A DNA stretch of 64,000 nt from Moniliella sp. 'wahieum' (lineage: Eukaryota). The stretch covers positions 1-64,000 of the forward strand of contig RSEE01000061.1 in the NCBI GenBank assembly GCA_003971905.1, written 5' to 3'. The notes beneath the pieces were generated by a model, which ran no database searches, had not been told where the DNA came from, and saw nothing but the letters and a program-made list of their open reading frames with translations. Both the position numbers and the translations under genes were made by a program. Positions 61,631-64,000 of this stretch are shown here, piece by piece. The stretch's first letter is position 1. Every line of letters starts with the position of its first letter.

Positions 61631-63296
61631 GGTGGAATGAACTGGCAGGAAGATGGTGGGAGCGGGTGGTAGTGGTGGTAAGAATGGGCAGAAGGTGAGG
61701 GGGTGGCAACTTGCGCGACCCATACAGAACAGGGGGGGGCGGAAAAAATGCGGGGGGAGGGTGGCTGCGGCCGTGCTGGGGGACACTGCCGCTGTGCTGG
61801 GCGACGGGCAAGGCGGGGTTAGGCGCTAGAGGGACTAGGTAGGCCGCAAGCACACTGCCCCTGTGCGGAGGCTATTTCTCCGAGCCAGACCATCGCCTGG
61901 CCCAGGGCGGCAGCAAGACTTTGGGTGCCCGGCACAAACGGCGGCCGCATGAGGAAGTGACTAGGGAGGCTGAGCGCTGACGCCATGGCTCGTCTTTGCA
62001 CTGACGTCATGCGCATGCAATATGCATGCTGCTCCTGCCGAGGAACACTGGATGCGGATGGCCAGCGGACGCCGGAGCCTGGCCACCGGCTACCCCAGCC
62101 TTCCCCACCCCGCAGCCGCCACTTGTGCCCCGGTCACGTTGCCGGCGACACCAGCGCTTTGCCTGGGCTGCCGTCTGCAAGGAACATGTAACAGCAGGCA
62201 GGAGATTACTCAGTACTCCAGTGCACTGCGGATGCACCCGGTGGGAGGCTGTCGCGCTCCTGTGCCGGTGCCGGTTGTAGACACAGCCGGTGTGGCCCTC
62301 CCTGCCACCGTCGTGCCTTGCCCATCCAACCCAGCCCAACACAAGCCTCCACCCTCTCTCCCCTCAGCCCCCAGGCTTCCCTTCTCAGCCGTCTCAGCAC
62401 AACCAACCACATATTGCTTCGGGCCCCTGGCTTTCTGCCTCAGCCTCAGGCTCAGGGGCCCTAATCCACCACCTTGCGGCAACCTCTGCCCATCGCCAGC
62501 GTGTAGTCCTCGTTTCGTCTGCCGAAGCCGCTTGCACCCCAAAGGCGTACGCAGCACGCCATGCAACCCACTTGGCTTCGCTGTGGCTTTTGGCAAGTCG
62601 TTTCAATTGGATCGCCCCGACCCCCTGTCATTAAGGCACTTTGGTCTCGGGTTATGTTGTTCTGCATGTATTCAAGCGCTGCATTATGCAGAAGTCACAT
62701 GTCCAAGACTGGCTTCTAAGGCGGGCACCGAGATGGGAATCGCAATACCAACAGAGGCCGCTCAGTTGTTGGCGCGTCAAGTAGTGTAATTTAGGTGAGA
62801 TGTGTCTCCCACCGAGCTAGACACTGTCCTGCTCGCCCCCCCCCCCGGCCTTCCTACCGATCTCCGAATCCAATGTACCCTCTATCCAACACAACAGTTT
62901 CCGTCCGAAAGTAGTTTTGGCGTGCCCCATGCGCAAACACACTCACCCGGCAAAGAATGCGCACCCTAGTGTCCGTTTCAACCAATCTATCAACATCAAT
63001 ACACCGTTCGGATCGCTATGCTGCAGCGAAAACCACAAGACCCATACAGAGAGGGCATGACGATCCCATCGTATTTTTCGAGACAACGTCCAGCAGCAGC
63101 AAGCGACGTCTACCATAGGGGGGAGCCGGAGCAAAGATGCAACGCAGATGCGTGCAGAGTGCATACGAAGCGAAAGAGTGAACTGCGTCCCACAAGGCCG
63201 ACTGACTAGGACCGGTGTAGGGGCCCGTCTTCGTCCTGTAAGGAGAGCAAGGCGCCCTAGCTTCGACCTTGACCGCTACCGAGTCGAGGCACCTGT

Positions 63297-63752
63297 TTAG
63301 GCAACGAGGGTCGAGGCCGTAGCCGACTCGTACTTGAAGGTAGGGGGCACGGCGCCCTTGGCCTTGTAGTAGCGCGTGAGGCGGTGGATGCGCGACTCAA
63401 TGAGAATCAGACGGAACTTGGAGTCCATGTCCTTGCGGTTGCGCTCGAGGTGCTTGCGAACCGACACGGCCTTCTTGATGAGGTGGTACAGGTCCTCAGG
63501 AATCTGGGGCGCGAGACCCTCCGACTTGAGGATACGAAGGATCTTGTTGCCCGTGACAAAGCGGACCTGGGCAATGCCCTGCGAGTCACGCAGCTGCACA
63601 CCAATCTGCGAAGGAGTCAGACCCTTGCGCGCCAGCTTGAAGATCTGGTTGGCGACCTCCTCCGGGGTGGCCTTGAGCCACGAGGGGGGCGAGCGCCTGT
63701 AGGGCAGCGCCGAGGACGAAATGCCCTTACCCTTTCCGTACATGCGACCCAT
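63297..63752 (-). CDS. RPS13: 40S ribosomal protein S13 (uS15)
   Basis: Intact 151-aa [21 protein letters not shown]...[16 protein letters not shown]...[20 protein letters not shown] 5'-UTR intron at about 63758-63829 ends 5 nt before the ATG. Confidence 0.98.
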   Translation of the reverse strand: MGRMYGKGKGISSSALPYRRSPPSWLKATPEEVANQIFKLARKGLTPSQIGVQLRDSQGIAQVRFVTGNKILRILKSEGLAPQIPEDLYHLIKKAVSVRKHLERNRKDMDSKFRLILIESRIHRLTRYYKAKGAVPPTFKYESATASTLVA

Positions 63753-64000
63753 CTTGGCTGCCGCCCCACCAAACAAGTCAAAAATCGAGGAGTCAGTCAG
63801 ACGCTCCAGGAAGCAAAAGTCGTACCTACCGAATCAATTTATGAGCGTCGGCGAGAAGAGTGGCTTGGAGACGTTGGCGGCGTTGGCCCACGCTGCCCAG
63901 CGCGCCTGCTAGGTGGCAGGAGCAGGAAATCTGCTGCGGCAGCCCTGCGCCAGAAGGAGAAAAATAGGGTTGTGCAAATTGGCATGCCGTTTGCGAAGCT

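Noticed and set aside
62022..62789. 255-aa ORF upstream of the PAR32-like gene
   Set aside because: Pro/Cys/Ala-rich chance composition in a GC-rich promoter region, with no motifs.

Overview
Gene-dense eukaryotic fungal DNA with short GT-AG introns and CTRAC branch points. Gene content and protein sequences suggest a basidiomycete, probably Ustilaginomycotina (inference). About 22 protein-coding genes are recognisable: PFS2, a putative eIF4E-binding protein, MED11, RPL9, APM1, CPS1, a mitochondrial adenylate kinase, an APC permease, a head-to-head RPL17/RPL25 pair, KGD1, a USP, a secreted BBE/AA7 flavo-oxidase, a Rho GTPase, FZO1, MDL1, DUG1, a secreted aspartic protease, an E2, an uncharacterised protein, DJ-1, a PAR32-like protein and RPS13. 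There is also an intron-containing tRNA-Cys(GCA) and a decayed Ran (GSP1) pseudogene. Most CDSs, including essential ones, carry single-base frameshifts that look like long-read assembly errors, so gene coordinates are approximate. The main discovery is a non-coding locus at about 57.2-59.5 kb that the ORF track cannot show. On the + strand is a spliced non-coding host transcript with an snR190-like snoRNA in intron 1 and an unusually expanded U14 snoRNA in intron 2. Converging on it from the - strand is a strong telomerase RNA candidate: a CCUAACCCUAA template directly abutted by a template-boundary hairpin, a pseudoknot, a core-enclosing helix and an Sm-like site. Intergenic DNA also shows a recurrent 7-bp xy-TGA-y'x' repeat pattern. 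Ribosomal-protein and ncRNA promoters share TAGGGTT/AACCCTA motifs. All calls were made by eye, with no database searches or folding runs.
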